Assembly (NCBI RefSeq): GCF_006345805.1
Contig: NC_043001.1
Coordinates: 23,932,001-23,996,000 of the forward strand
DNA from: Octopus sinensis
Lineage: Eukaryota
DNA length: 64,000 nucleotides
Direction of reading: 5' to 3'
The stretch's first letter is position 1. Every line of letters begins with the position of its first letter. The translations under genes were made by a program, and so were the position numbers. Below the pieces are notes generated by a model. That model saw nothing but the letters and a program-made list of their open reading frames with translations, searched no databases and was not told the origin of the DNA. Positions 63,701-64,000 of this stretch are shown piece by piece.

Positions 63701-64000
63701 CCCACTTGTCATCCTTTCAGAGTCGATAATGTAAAGTACCGCACAAGGCCAGTGAGTTGGCAGCATTGTTAGAGCGTCGGGCAAAATATCTTGTACTATT
63801 TGTTTTGGCTGTTCACATTCTGAGTTCTCGAGTGGTAGACTTAATTCGACACTTCAGCAGATGTTGTTCTATTGCAATCATGCAGACCAGGTCTCTTGTT
63901 TGAAGATAATGTCTTCCTTGCAACCTGCCAGACTTTGAGACCTTGCAAAAATGAAACGTCGTAGATGCAGCCCTTCACTCTGATCAAGCGTTTCAAAATA

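Noticed and set aside
1-64000. Most ORF-track entries (HT, YI, CV, NN-rich peptides and SINE read-throughs such as RPRKDERQSRPRRNLNSE)
   Set aside because: Translations of microsatellites or multi-copy SINEs, not genes.

Overview
AT-rich, repeat-dominated eukaryotic DNA with one assembly gap (36600-36700). The tRNA-derived SINE families, Penelope-like elements (PLEs) and long microsatellites point to an Octopus genome (inference from repeat content). No intact protein-coding gene is supportable, and nearly all ORF-track hits are microsatellite or repeat read-through. Contents: about 40 SINE copies from 4 families, several decayed PLEs, a decayed mariner, RTE, R4/Dong-like and APE-RT LINE fragments, a canonical non-autonomous Helitron, and three copies of a TIR element carrying TTAGGG repeats. 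The most interesting signal is a set of minimal type-I hammerhead-ribozyme (HHR)-like motifs with palindromic stem III, mostly at PLE ends and in the element's sense orientation. They include one canonical intact motif, a long-stem-II family, and core variants (G3-C8 swap, U3-A8 swap, and a family-wide U6 with an extra A). Also notable are a TIR element flanked by a 69-bp duplication, an (AAT)n-targeted retroposon, SINE multimers with recurrent junctions, and a CpG-rich promoter-like patch upstream of an RT-less GIY-YIG frame. All structures were read by eye; none was folded computationally or searched against databases.
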